Of a stretch of 64,000 bases of DNA, positions 20,524 through 30,115 are shown in pieces. Source of the stretch: an uncultured Acidobacteriota bacterium (lineage in GTDB: Bacteria > Acidobacteriota > UBA6911); assembly GCA_963843575.1 (NCBI GenBank), contig CAWJKZ010000004.1:32001-96000 (forward strand), written 5' to 3'. The notes under the pieces are model-generated. The model saw only the letters and a list, made by a program, of their open reading frames with translations. It was not told the origin of the DNA and ran no database searches. The translations under genes and the position numbers were made by a program. Position 1 is the stretch's first letter; each line of letters starts with the position of its first letter.

Positions 20524-20607
20524 CGGTGATCCGCTTGGCTGACCTGGACGCGGATCTGCGCTGATTCCCGCGTAAATCAGCGCGATCCGCGTCCCCGTTT
20601 GGGTTCG

Positions 20608-21237
20608 TCAGGGTTCGACCAGGCCGCTGCGGATGGCGTAGCGGACAAGGCTGGCGACTTCGTGGATGTCAAGCTTCCGCATCAGCCGCACGCGGTGGGA
20701 TTCCACCGTCTTGATGCTTATCCCGAGCACGGCGGCGATCTCTTTGGTGGACTTCCCTTCGCCGATCAGCTGGATGACCTGCCGTTCGCGTGCGGAAATG
20801 GGCTCCGCCTCCGGCTCCTGCTTCGTAAGGTAGGCATCGACCACGGCGCGGGAAACGCCCGGGCTCAGATACACCTCACCCTTGTAGACCTGACGAACCG
20901 CGTGGACGAGATCCATGGCACCCTGGGTCTTGAGCACGTAACCGCGAACCCCGACTTTCAGGGCGCGGGCGACGTACTGGGCCGCGTCGTGGAAGGTGAG
21001 CAGGATGGTTCTCGTCTGCGGGGAGACTTTGCGTATCTCGGCAGCGGCGTCGAGGCCGTTCATGATGGGCATCGAGATGTCGAGCACAGCGACGTCCGGC
21101 TTCTCGGCCGCCGCCAGCGCCACCGCATCCAGTCCCTGCGTCGCCTCGCCTACGATCTGTATTCCTTCGCTCTCGAGGAGCGCCTTCAGTCCCTGTCGGA
21201 CTATCAGGTGATCATCAGCCAAAAGTGCTCGTATCAT
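20608..21237 (-). CDS. NarL/FixJ-family response regulator (REC + LuxR HTH)
   Basis: MIRALLADDHLIVRQG, VLDISMP, GYVLK, ISARERQV..GKSTKEIA..ISIKTVESHR; GGAGG RBS. Confidence 0.95.
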   Translation of the reverse strand: MIRALLADDHLIVRQGLKALLESEGIQIVGEATQGLDAVALAAAEKPDVAVLDISMPIMNGLDAAAEIRKVSPQTRTILLTFHDAAQYVARALKVGVRGYVLKTQGAMDLVHAVRQVYKGEVYLSPGVSRAVVDAYLTKQEPEAEPISARERQVIQLIGEGKSTKEIAAVLGISIKTVESHRVRLMRKLDIHEVASLVRYAIRSGLVEP

Positions 21238-21238
21238 G

Positions 21239-21547
21239 TCAACCTCCAACCGGGATATCAATGTGCAGCTGTGTGCCTCGATCGGGGTACGACTGGATGT
21301 GCACGTTTCCCCCCACCGAGTCGACACGTTCTCTGATTCCAATGAGTCCGAGACCGCCGGGCTCCGCGCCCTCGAACGCATGCGGCTGTATCCGACGCCG
21401 TTGGTGCGCGATCCGCAGTTCCGATTCGGCCGCGACGGCGAGAAAATTCTGCAGCGCGACACGACAGCGTGCCGTCCAATGATCCGGGTTGGGCGGGACA
21501 TCCGCGAGCGCGCCGGAATCCGTCGTTTCGGCAACACCTTCAGACAT
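21239..21547 (-). pseudogene. Internally deleted sensor histidine kinase (RsbU-N-like start joined to the HATPase C-terminus)
   Basis: AAGGAG RBS and ATG. N part RVALQNFLAVAAESELRIAH; an NGVG G1-like box sits in an adjacent frame; C part GLGLIGIRERVDSVGGNVHIQS..RGTQL. No H-box or N-box. Confidence 0.65.
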
Positions 21548-21619
21548 GCGAACTCCTTGGTAACTGCAAACGTGAGCAACGCAGGGGGGATAGGGGTAAG
21601 GTATGCCGCGCTTCGTTTC

Positions 21620-22051
21620 CTACAAAAACATCGGCGACTTGAGCCACTTCCTGGCGGTCACCACGGTTCCATGGCTTGGTCCTGAAACAACCTCGAATTC
21701 ATCCATCAGCCGCCGGGAGCCAGACAGGCCCAACCCGAGACTTCCGGAAGTCGAGTAGCCTCCCTGCAGAGCTCGCTGGACGTTGGGAATCCCGGGACCG
21801 TTGTCGTGGGCGACGATGCTCAGCCCGCGCTCGCGCCCCTCGCCGCATGAGGGCTTCAGCAGAACTTCGCCGCAGCGCGCATAGCGGACGATGTTACCGG
21901 CCAACTCGGAGATTACCGTGGCGATGGCGGTCAGGTCCGTGGGTAGAAAACCCAGCTGTCGAGCAAGAGTACGGCCGTGGCGGCGGGCAACGACGATATC
22001 GCGATCCGTACCAATTCGTACCTGAACTTCACAGAGGGCTTCGGCGGTCAT
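21620..22051 (-). CDS. rsbT: RsbT-like anti-sigma regulatory Ser/Thr kinase
   Basis: DIVVARRHGR.LA.QLGF, ISELAGNIVRYA, DNGPGI, GYSTSGSLGLGLSGSRRLMDEF, KW. Confidence 0.88.
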   Translation of the reverse strand: MTAEALCEVQVRIGTDRDIVVARRHGRTLARQLGFLPTDLTAIATVISELAGNIVRYARCGEVLLKPSCGEGRERGLSIVAHDNGPGIPNVQRALQGGYSTSGSLGLGLSGSRRLMDEFEVVSGPSHGTVVTARKWLKSPMFL

Positions 22052-22476
22052 CGTCCAATTCGTCGCCTGCGAGGACAAGGCAATGACAGGCACTTTGGTC
22101 AGAAGATTACAGGAACTCAGGAGGAAATCAAGCGTCGATCGTGCAAAAGCAGGGCAGTGAGAGACCTGAAGGACAACGTTCCCCGGCGGTGGGGGGGTTG
22201 CCTCATAACTAATGTCCTTTGATTCGGTTACCGACATCGAGATCAGCGCTCCATCGACTCGGAAAGGCGAATTGTATTTGAATTTCAATATCCATACAAG
22301 AGCAACATGGTAGCGGGGCTACGGCATGCACCTTACGGTACTTCAGGGTTTACCCAGCGGTCCGATAAAGCATTCACCTGCTTGCCGGACCCGGCGCCGA
22401 ATCGTATGCTTCTGGCGCTTTGGCTAATCTATACTTTTGCCTGTCCAACGTATCGGCTCGGAATGGGTCTGTCCCA

Positions 22477-23166
22477 ATGAGGAGCAAGAGCAACCCTACG
22501 GCGCGACCGGAATCGCACATCACGGTCTGTCTTTTCTCGACTCACCCGCTGGTGCTGCCGGAGCTTCAGCGCTTTCTGGGTCCCCTGCGCGCTCACAGCC
22601 TGGCCCGCCTCTTGAAGATTTCCTCGGTTACGGATTTGAATCGCGTCCCCTGCCCGGGGGCGCAGGTCTATGTGGTCGACAGCCAAAGCACCGGGCCGGT
22701 GACGGAGGGGCTGGTCGCCCTGATCCGTGGGCACCGGCGTAATGCGCGCGTTATCATACTGGCGGAGGACGTGGAGGATTCCCGCAGTTTCCCGCTGCTT
22801 CACCTGGGCGTGAAGGGACTGGTCCGATACCGGGAGGTCGCCAGGCAGCTGCCCAAGGCGGTTCGGATGGTCGCCAGGGGGGGGTTCTGGATTCCACGCA
22901 AGGTCATGTCGGACTACTTGGCGCTGCTTCAGAGCGGCCGGCGCGCCCCCCTGTCGTCCCGGGCGGGGGGCAAACTCAGCCGACGGGAAAAAGAGGTTCT
23001 CGAACTCCTGTTGAAGAGCCTTTCGAACAAAGAGATCTCTTCGAGCCTGAACATTTCCGAAAGCACCGTCAAGTTCCACATTTCGAATATCTTCCATCAC
23101 TACGGCGTACAGCGCCGGGCGGATCTGATTCTGCAGTCCATGCAGGGAACCGTCACCGTCCACTGA
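22477..23166 (+). CDS. LuxR-family transcriptional regulator with atypical receiver domain
   Basis: C-terminal LSRREKEVL..SNKEISSSLNISESTVKFHISNIF. The REC-like N domain has VVD but lacks the acidic pair and the Lys. Confidence 0.88.
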   Translation: MRSKSNPTARPESHITVCLFSTHPLVLPELQRFLGPLRAHSLARLLKISSVTDLNRVPCPGAQVYVVDSQSTGPVTEGLVALIRGHRRNARVIILAEDVEDSRSFPLLHLGVKGLVRYREVARQLPKAVRMVARGGFWIPRKVMSDYLALLQSGRRAPLSSRAGGKLSRREKEVLELLLKSLSNKEISSSLNISESTVKFHISNIFHHYGVQRRADLILQSMQGTVTVH

Positions 23167-23324
23167 GTGTGAGACGAGGAGTTGGGTTCCGGTCAGGCGT
23201 GGTGCGGCTTCAGCCGTTGCCGGGCCATACGACAGGCGTTGAAGCTTGGATCGTGCTACCTTGACAGGGACGAGGCAAAGGTTGAAGTCCCGGCGTTTCG
23301 GGACGATCAGTTCATGGGGGTCAT

Positions 23325-24329
23325 ATGCGGGTTTTGATCACGGGCGGAGCCGGCTTCATAGCTTTTCATCTCGCGTCGAGGCTGCTGGAGCGACGGCACG
23401 AGGTTGTCCTGCTCGACAATCTGAACGAGTTCTACGACCCTGAACTCAAGCGCCGCAACGTGCGCGACCTGCAGCTCGGCGCCCCGGTGGCCTTCTACGA
23501 GAACGACATCCTCGACGTCGAGGCGCTTGGGCGTGTTTTCCAGCGCACGAGGCCCGAGGCCGTCGTGCACCTCGCGGCCTGGGCCGGCGTCCGGCCCTCG
23601 CTCGAGAAACCGCGAATTTACGCCGACGTCAATGTGACGGGCACGGTGAACGTGCTCGAACGTGCCCGCGAACACGGGGTGCGCGCGTTTATATTCGGGT
23701 CCTCTTCCTCGGTCTACGGGGGAAACGAGAAGGTGCCGTTTTCGGAGGACGACCCAGTGGATCGGCCGGTCTCCCCGTATGCGGCGACCAAGAAGGCGGG
23801 CGAACTGCTCTGCCACACCTACGCCCACAATTACGGTATGCACATCACCTGCCTGCGCTTTTTCACCGTCTACGGTCCCCGGCAGCGGCCCGAAATGGCG
23901 ATCCACAAGTTCGCGAACCTGATCTGGGCCGGCGACGAGGTTCCGGTCTACGGCGACGGCGGCAGCCGGCGCGATTACACCTATGTGGACGACATCGTGT
24001 CGGGCATCGAAGCGGCCATAGAGGTCAACCCGCCGTTTGCCGTGTTGAACCTCGGCGAGTCCCACACGATCACACTGCTCGGCCTGATACGCCAACTCGA
24101 AACGGCCCTGGGAAAGAAAGCCAGTCTCCGGTTCCTGCCCGACCAGCCCGGGGACATGGCCGTTACCTTTGCCGATATCAGCCGCGCCCGCGACCTGCTG
24201 GGCTACCGCCCGGGGACGCCCGTGGAAGATGGCATACGCAAGTTCGCGCAGTGGTTCCTGCAGGGCCGGACGTCGGATGTCCATCCTTCCGGCCCGGGAG
24301 CCTTTGAACCTACCATCCGGGTACCGTAG
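23325..24329 (+). CDS. NAD-dependent epimerase, UDP-glucuronate 4-epimerase-like
   Basis: TGGAGFIA, HLAAWAGVRPS, SSSSVYG, YAATKK, RFFTVYGPRQRPEMA, QPGDM. Confidence 0.92.
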   Translation: MRVLITGGAGFIAFHLASRLLERRHEVVLLDNLNEFYDPELKRRNVRDLQLGAPVAFYENDILDVEALGRVFQRTRPEAVVHLAAWAGVRPSLEKPRIYADVNVTGTVNVLERAREHGVRAFIFGSSSSVYGGNEKVPFSEDDPVDRPVSPYAATKKAGELLCHTYAHNYGMHITCLRFFTVYGPRQRPEMAIHKFANLIWAGDEVPVYGDGGSRRDYTYVDDIVSGIEAAIEVNPPFAVLNLGESHTITLLGLIRQLETALGKKASLRFLPDQPGDMAVTFADISRARDLLGYRPGTPVEDGIRKFAQWFLQGRTSDVHPSGPGAFEPTIRVP

Positions 24330-24486
24330 GTGAGGCCATGTCAGACAGAGTCCTTCTCGAGGTGCGCCGCGGGCCCCGCCTCGAAAGCCCGAAGGGCTCG
24401 AAGAGTCCCAGCGGACTCTCGCGCGATCCCTTAGAGTGCCCGCGACTGCAGCCATTCAAGAACTGGAGTTCAGGGGAGAGAGCCAC

Positions 24487-25848
24487 ATGAACATTTCGGT
24501 CATCGGCACCGGGTACGTCGGGTTGGTCACGGGTGCTTGCTTCGCAGAATTCGGCCTCAAGGTGACGTGCGTCGATAAGGACAAGAAAAAGATCCAGGAG
24601 CTTTCCCAGGCGAAGATCCCTATCTACGAGCCAGGGTTGGAGGAAATCGTGCGCCGGAACATGGCCACCGGCTTCCTGCGCTTCACTTCCGACATCGATG
24701 AGACGATTCAGAACTCGCTGGCCACCTTCATCGCCGTGGGGACGCCCTCGCGCTCGGACGGCAGCGCGGATCTCTCCTATGTGGATGAAGTCGCCGAGGC
24801 GATCGCCCGGAACCTGACGGGGTACAAGGTGATCGTCACCAAGAGCACGGTCCCGGTCGGGACCGGTGACCGAATCCGTGCGACCATCGAGAAGGTGCTC
24901 GAAAAGAAGCCGGCAGCGGCGGCGGGCTCGACCGGCTCCTTTCAGGTTTCCACCAACGGGCACCGGCCGTTGTTCGACGTCGTGTCCAACCCCGAGTTCC
25001 TGCGCGAAGGGAGTGCGGTGGAGGATTTCCTGCACCCGGACCGCATCGTCATCGGCGCCGACAGCGAACACGCCGTCGCGATTCTGAAGGACCTGTACAG
25101 CCCGCTCTATCTGGGGGGGAAGGCCAAGTTCGTCATCACGGACGTGCGCACCGCGGAACTCATCAAGTACGCCACCAACGCCTACCTGGCTACCAAAATC
25201 ACCTTCATCAACGAAATCGCGAACCTGTGCGACATCGTCGGTTCGAACGTGCTCACGATCGCCAGCGCCCTCGGCATGGACGGCCGCATCAGCCCCAAAT
25301 TCCTGAACCCGGGACCCGGTTATGGCGGATCGTGCTTCCCCAAGGACACACGCGCGCTCTGGAAGATTGCCGAAGGGGCCGGCTATCACTTCGATGTGCT
25401 CGACGCCGTGATTCGCGCCAACGAGCGCCAGCACAAAATCATGGTGGAGAAAATCAAGAAGGCCACCGGGGGGCTGCGCGGCAAGATCATCGGGATGCTC
25501 GGCCTTTCCTTCAAACCGAACACCGACGACATCAGGGAATCCCCCGCCATTGCCATCGCCCGCGAGCTCAAAAAGGGAGGCGCCGTGGTGCGCGCCTGCG
25601 ACCCGGCGGCGGCACAGGCCGCCAAGGGCGAACTTCCCGGGCTAGTGATCTGCGGCGACGTGGACACCGTCGCGCGCGGGGCCGACGCGCTGGTCATCGC
25701 CACCGAGTGGAATCAGTTCCGCAACCTGGACCTTGCCCGCCTCAAGAAACTGCTCCGGACGCCGCTCCTCGTTGACCTGCGGAACATCTACATCCCCTCC
25801 CGGGTGAGGGAAGCGGGATTTGAGTACGTAGGAGTCGGCCAGTCCTAA
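24487..25848 (+). CDS. ugd: UDP-glucose 6-dehydrogenase
   Basis: IGTGYVGL, IAVGTP, KSTVPVGT, SNPEFLREG, GYGGSCFPKD, GLSFKPNTDDIRESP. Confidence 0.96.
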   Translation: MNISVIGTGYVGLVTGACFAEFGLKVTCVDKDKKKIQELSQAKIPIYEPGLEEIVRRNMATGFLRFTSDIDETIQNSLATFIAVGTPSRSDGSADLSYVDEVAEAIARNLTGYKVIVTKSTVPVGTGDRIRATIEKVLEKKPAAAAGSTGSFQVSTNGHRPLFDVVSNPEFLREGSAVEDFLHPDRIVIGADSEHAVAILKDLYSPLYLGGKAKFVITDVRTAELIKYATNAYLATKITFINEIANLCDIVGSNVLTIASALGMDGRISPKFLNPGPGYGGSCFPKDTRALWKIAEGAGYHFDVLDAVIRANERQHKIMVEKIKKATGGLRGKIIGMLGLSFKPNTDDIRESPAIAIARELKKGGAVVRACDPAAAQAAKGELPGLVICGDVDTVARGADALVIATEWNQFRNLDLARLKKLLRTPLLVDLRNIYIPSRVREAGFEYVGVGQS

Positions 25849-25906
25849 GCACCGCACAATCACCAATAACGGGACGCGGATGGACGCGGGCTTCCGGCTT
25901 CTGTCT

Positions 25907-27586
25907 CTAGAGCGGGATGTCGACCACGACCGAGCTTCCGCCCTCGGGCAGAGAGCGAATGTGCACCTTGCCGCCGAGGGCCGCGGCGCGCTCCGTTATG
26001 GACGCGGGCGTGAAGATGGCGGCGGCGTCCTTTCTCGAATTGTCTTCAGCGATCTCCAGCCGGAGCGTTCCGTTGTAGCAGGCGAGCCGGACGGTGGCAC
26101 CGGTGGCGCGTGTGTGCTTTCGGATGTTGCTCAGGCCCTCCGCCATCATGTGGAACGTCTCGGCAGCGAGGCGGTTGTTGGCGTGAATGTCCCCTTCGAC
26201 TTCCAGCCGGACGGCAAGACCGGTCGCGACGCTGAATTTCGTGGCAAACCGTCGCATTGCCGGCAAAAGCCCCCCCTCCGAGCCTCCCTCCTTCAAACCG
26301 GCCACATATCGGCGCAGGTCGTCGATCCCATACTGGGCAAGGGTCATCAGATGCTCGATCTGCGCCGCCAATTCGGGACAGTCTGCCCCGGTCTTCTTCC
26401 GGATTGCGGTCAAGCCCATCTGGAGGCCGATGTAAGGTTGAATGACGCTGTCGTGGATGTCCCGGGCAATTCGGTTCCTCTCTTCCTCGGCAGCATGGCC
26501 CGCCAGCTGCTCGACCAGTTGGATGTTCTCGATGATCGGGAGGACGTGGTCGATCAGCTCGAGCAGGAAGCGCATGTCCGAGGGACGGAATAGGTACCTG
26601 TCCGATTCCAGGTAGAGCCGAGCCGCGCTCTCGCTCCTGTAGGAAATGGGCACCGTGACGAAGGATTTCGCGTCGAGGATGGCGGCCACATTCTCGCACT
26701 TCTCATTTCTTCCGCGGGTCACCCGGCCGAACTCGACGTCCAGCAAATGGCAGCTCCGTCCGAGATGCAACCACCCCTCGTTGTTCGCGTTGTGGACTGC
26801 TGCGTACTCGGGCGGCAGCTCCAGCAACCGGAGCCCAAACTCGGCGGGGATCCTCTCCGCTTGCGCGGAGGCTTCCGGGTCGCGCCCGTCCGTGCTGCGC
26901 AGCCGGAATCCCGCCGCATTTTTCACCACCAGCAGACACGATCGCGCGCCGTAGAACTCCTTCAGCCGCTCCAGAATCGAACCCACGGTCCGGTCGATGC
27001 CAAACCGGGGATTGGACGACGACGTTACTTCCTTGAGCAGCTCTAGACGCCGCTTGAGCGTGATCTCCGACTGTCCCCAATGCGCCATCATGTAGCCGAG
27101 TGCGAACAGCCATGCGGTCGGCGGAGCGAATCGATAAGCGTCGAACTCGCGGCCGAGGACGAAAAACCCGATGCCGTTGATCGCCACGAGGGACAACACG
27201 GATACCGCTGTCGTGCGCAAGCCCGCGGCAAACCCGTCGCGAAAAGACGCGATGAAGATGGGGAACAGGTAGGAAAAGGAAAATATGCCGCCTGTGTTCC
27301 CTGTGATCCCGACCAACAGGGAGCACCACGCGACATCCACCCAATGGGCGTGCGCGTTGAATCTCTGGGCGGACAGCTCGTGGCGCCGCAACCCCATGTG
27401 CAGCCAGAGCGCATAAAGGCTGTACAGGGCCAGCGCGACGGCCACGCGATTCCGGTGAGGCTCGTGCAGGATAACGAGCAACAGCTGCGCGGAAAGTGTC
27501 AGCGCGATCCGTGTGATAGAGATCAGCTGTTCCTCCGGTTCGCGAGCTTCTTCCGCGACCGCGATTGACATTCCCGAACTCCGCAT
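25907..27586 (-). CDS. Membrane sensor histidine kinase (HisKA_3 type) with degenerate HATPase
   Basis: About 6 TMs, a GAF-like middle, ERNRIARDIHDSVIQ H-box and EGLSNIRKH N-box; the G boxes are missing. Confidence 0.85.
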   Translation of the reverse strand: MRSSGMSIAVAEEAREPEEQLISITRIALTLSAQLLLVILHEPHRNRVAVALALYSLYALWLHMGLRRHELSAQRFNAHAHWVDVAWCSLLVGITGNTGGIFSFSYLFPIFIASFRDGFAAGLRTTAVSVLSLVAINGIGFFVLGREFDAYRFAPPTAWLFALGYMMAHWGQSEITLKRRLELLKEVTSSSNPRFGIDRTVGSILERLKEFYGARSCLLVVKNAAGFRLRSTDGRDPEASAQAERIPAEFGLRLLELPPEYAAVHNANNEGWLHLGRSCHLLDVEFGRVTRGRNEKCENVAAILDAKSFVTVPISYRSESAARLYLESDRYLFRPSDMRFLLELIDHVLPIIENIQLVEQLAGHAAEEERNRIARDIHDSVIQPYIGLQMGLTAIRKKTGADCPELAAQIEHLMTLAQYGIDDLRRYVAGLKEGGSEGGLLPAMRRFATKFSVATGLAVRLEVEGDIHANNRLAAETFHMMAEGLSNIRKHTRATGATVRLACYNGTLRLEIAEDNSRKDAAAIFTPASITERAAALGGKVHIRSLPEGGSSVVVDIPL

Positions 27587-27691
27587 GGCGCTCTATGGTT
27601 TGGTACCGGTACCGCTACCCGAGTGGTGTCCATATTGTAGCAGAATCCCAAGCTTCGACAAGCTGAACCGGCTCACCGGGTTGCCCGGGCA

Positions 27692-27749
27692 TTTGGAGTG
27701 CGGCGGCTCGACGCCGCTTTGGTGTCGGCGCCTCGGCGCCGCACTCCAG
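27692..27749. repeat. REP-like palindromic element (GGAGTGCGGC...GCCGCACTCC)
   Basis: TGGAGTGCGGCGGCTCGACGCCGCTTTGG ... CGCCGCACTCCA inverted pair in intergenic DNA. Confidence 0.7.
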
Positions 27750-27943
27750 GTTGCTCCAGTTCGTCGGATTGCTTCCCGCGGGAACTGATGCTACGTTTAC
27801 AGGCAAGGTGTAGGTTCCAGGTGTGGGCCGCGGCGGCCCGCCGCAGCCCCCGTCCATTGCCTTAGTACACAGTCTCATAAGTACGCTGACGTATTTTTCG
27901 GGACGCAGAACAACACGGGCGATGAAAAACCAAAGCCAAAACA

Positions 27944-27983
27944 GAACGCAGATTCCGCGGATCCAACGGATTCACGCGGATCA
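27944..27983 (+). repeat. ACGC(G/A)GAT tandem intergenic repeat family
   Basis: AACGCAGATTCCGCGGATCCAACGGATTCACGCGGATC. Related clusters at about 20547-20593, 25873-25890, 44852-44882, 46781-46811 and 62852-63097. Confidence 0.65.
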
Positions 27984-28010
27984 ACCGGGGATGCCGGAGA
28001 GGAGTGACTC

Positions 28011-29127
28011 ATGAGTGGAGTGCGGGTGTTGGTGGGTACGCGCAAGGGCGCTTTCATCCTGACGTCGGACGCGGGCCGCAAGCGCTGGAACGTCAGCGGG
28101 CCACAGTTTGCGGGCTGGGAGATGTACCACATCAAGGGGTCCCCCGCCGATCCGAACAGGATTTATGCGTCGCAGACCAGCGGCTGGTTCGGGCAGCAGA
28201 TCCAGCGCTCCGACGACGGCGGCAAGACCTGGGAGGCGGTCGGCAACAAGTTCGTCTACGACGGCGTCCCGGGCACCCACCAGTGGTACGACGGCACGCT
28301 CCGCCCCTGGGAATTCAAGCGGGTGTGGCATCTCGAGCCATCGCTGACGGATCCCGACACGGTCTATGCGGGTGTCGAAGACGCGGCCTTGTTCCGCTCG
28401 ACCGATGCCGGCAAAACGTGGGTAGAACTCGCCGGGCCTCCGCAACCACGACACGGGGCCGCACTGGCAGCCAGGGGCCGGAGGGATGTGCCTCCACACG
28501 ATCCTGTTGGACCCGGACAATCCCGGGCGCATGTTCATCGCCATCTCGGCTGCAGGCGCGTTCCGGACCGACGACGCCGGCAAGACATGGCAGCCGGTCA
28601 ATCGCGGGCTGAGGTCCGAATACATCCCCGACCCGACAGCGGAGGTCGGCCACTGCGTTCACCGCATCGCCATGCACCGATCGCGCCCGGGCGTGCTCTT
28701 CATGCAGAAGCACTGGGATGTCATGCGCAGCGACGACGCCGGGGATTCATGGCACGAGGTCAGCGGCAACCTGCCGACCGATTTTGGCTTTCCCATCGAC
28801 GTGCACGCGCACGAGCCTGACACCATCTACGTCGTCCCGATCAAGAGCGACTCGGAGCACTACCCGCCGGACGGGAAGCTGCGGGTGTACCGCAGCCGGA
28901 CGGGCGGGAACGAGTGGGAGGCGCTCACCAAGGGCCTCCCGCAGCGCAACTGCTACGTAAACGTGCTGCGCGACGCGATGGCCGTCGACTCGCTCGATGC
29001 CTGCGGGGTGTACTTCGGCACCACCGGGGGTCAGGTGTACGCTTCGGCCGACGCCGGGAACAGCTGGGCTCCCATCGTCCGGGACCTCCCGGCCGTGCTG
29101 TCCGTGGAGGTGCAGACGCTGTCATGA
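28011..29127 (+). CDS. BNR/Asp-box beta-propeller ('exo-alpha-sialidase'-annotated family); one frameshift near 28436
   Basis: [10 protein letters not shown], repeated RSdDgGktW Asp-boxes, [22 protein letters not shown]. ORFs 28011-28820 and 28486-29127 join if one G is removed. Confidence 0.88.
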
Positions 29128-29420
29128 TCCGAGTCCATCTCCCGGCGCACCTGCGGATGCTGGCGCGCGTCGACGGCGAGGTGAAGCTCGAGGTCGAGGG
29201 GCGGGCCACGACGCGCTCGGTGCTCGACGCACTCGAGGCGCGTTATCCCGTGCTGCGCGGCACCATCCGCGATCACGTCACGCATCGGCGGCGCCCTTTC
29301 GTGCGGTTCTTCGCCTGCCAGCAGGACCTGTCCCACGACCCCCCCGACAAACCGCTCCCCGATGCGGTCGCTGCCGGGGACGAGCCATTCCTGGTGATCG
29401 GCGCCATCGCGGGCGGTTAA
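29124..29420 (+). CDS. MoaD/ThiS ubiquitin-like protein
   Basis: ATGA overlap with the upstream gene; 98 aa; [24 protein letters not shown]-terminal IAGG. Confidence 0.9.
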   Translation: MIRVHLPAHLRMLARVDGEVKLEVEGRATTRSVLDALEARYPVLRGTIRDHVTHRRRPFVRFFACQQDLSHDPPDKPLPDAVAAGDEPFLVIGAIAGG

Positions 29421-29721
29421 CCCCCGGCTGGGGGAAACGGATCCGCGGCCGCCCGACGCGGCCCCGTTGAGCCAGCGACAGGCAACGCCCTCACCGGGAA
29501 GCGGGCAAGATGGCCGTTGCCGCCGGCGATCGCGGACCCACATGCCGCCTGGACGAGGCAGTCCCAGGGGGCGCAGATCAACCAGTGGCGCTCTATTACT
29601 CTCTTGATGTAAAATTGCTCCGCGCCCTGAAATCTCCGGCCTTCGAGGCAGGTATTCGTACGCGGGTCCGATACTCCAGAAGTTGCAGGACCCAACGAAT
29701 CCTCCGAAAGCGCCCGGCGTG

Positions 29722-29750
29722 TGCCGCCAATGGCATTTGCCATAGGCAAA
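29722..29750. promoter_or_regulatory. Tandem palindromes, candidate enhancer (UAS) for a sigma54 activator
   Basis: TGCCGCCAATGGCA followed directly by TTTGCCATAGGCAAA, about 240 bp upstream of the -24/-12 element. Confidence 0.45.
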
Positions 29751-29987
29751 AGCCACGCAAATGGCTCCAAGCGTTGTTGGTGATGCCTCGCGTTGTGGAA
29801 ACTGCTACTCGATCTGGGGGTAATGTCGAGCATCTTTTATGGTTCGCAGCTTATCCCGCACTCGCCGCAAACCTTGTTGATCATGGCGGATTCCGCGAGC
29901 GGCAGCACGCCGAGGTGTGTTGGCCGCGACTGAGCACCGTAACGTCTCGACGCGGCAGGCGCACGGCGGTGTATTAAGAGGACTCTA

Positions 29988-30003
29988 TGGCATGAGTCTT
30001 GCC
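29988..30003 (+). promoter_or_regulatory. Sigma54 (-24/-12) promoter
   Basis: TGGCATGAGTCTTGC matches TGGCAcgN4TTGC with exact spacing, upstream of the RND operon. Confidence 0.7.
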
Positions 30004-30115
30004 ATAACCCCCGCTTCGATAACCTTGGCACTGGATTATCGTGCGGACATGTTCGTACAGGAATAATTCGCAGTCGCTCGACGCTGATAACGTGATCGAC
30101 GCAAGGAGTTGCCGC

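Noticed and set aside
20608-21579. 323-aa response regulator with an N-terminal extension
   Set aside because: The extension overlaps the kinase relic; the REC domain starts at ATG 21237 after GGAGG.
29124-29420. Molybdopterin or thiamine biosynthesis locus
   Set aside because: No moaE, moeB or thiG/F nearby, so no moaD or thiS symbol was assigned.
29421-30115. Track ORFs 29417-29833 and 29510-29977 as genes
   Set aside because: No recognisable motifs, atypical composition, and overlap with the predicted promoter and enhancer.
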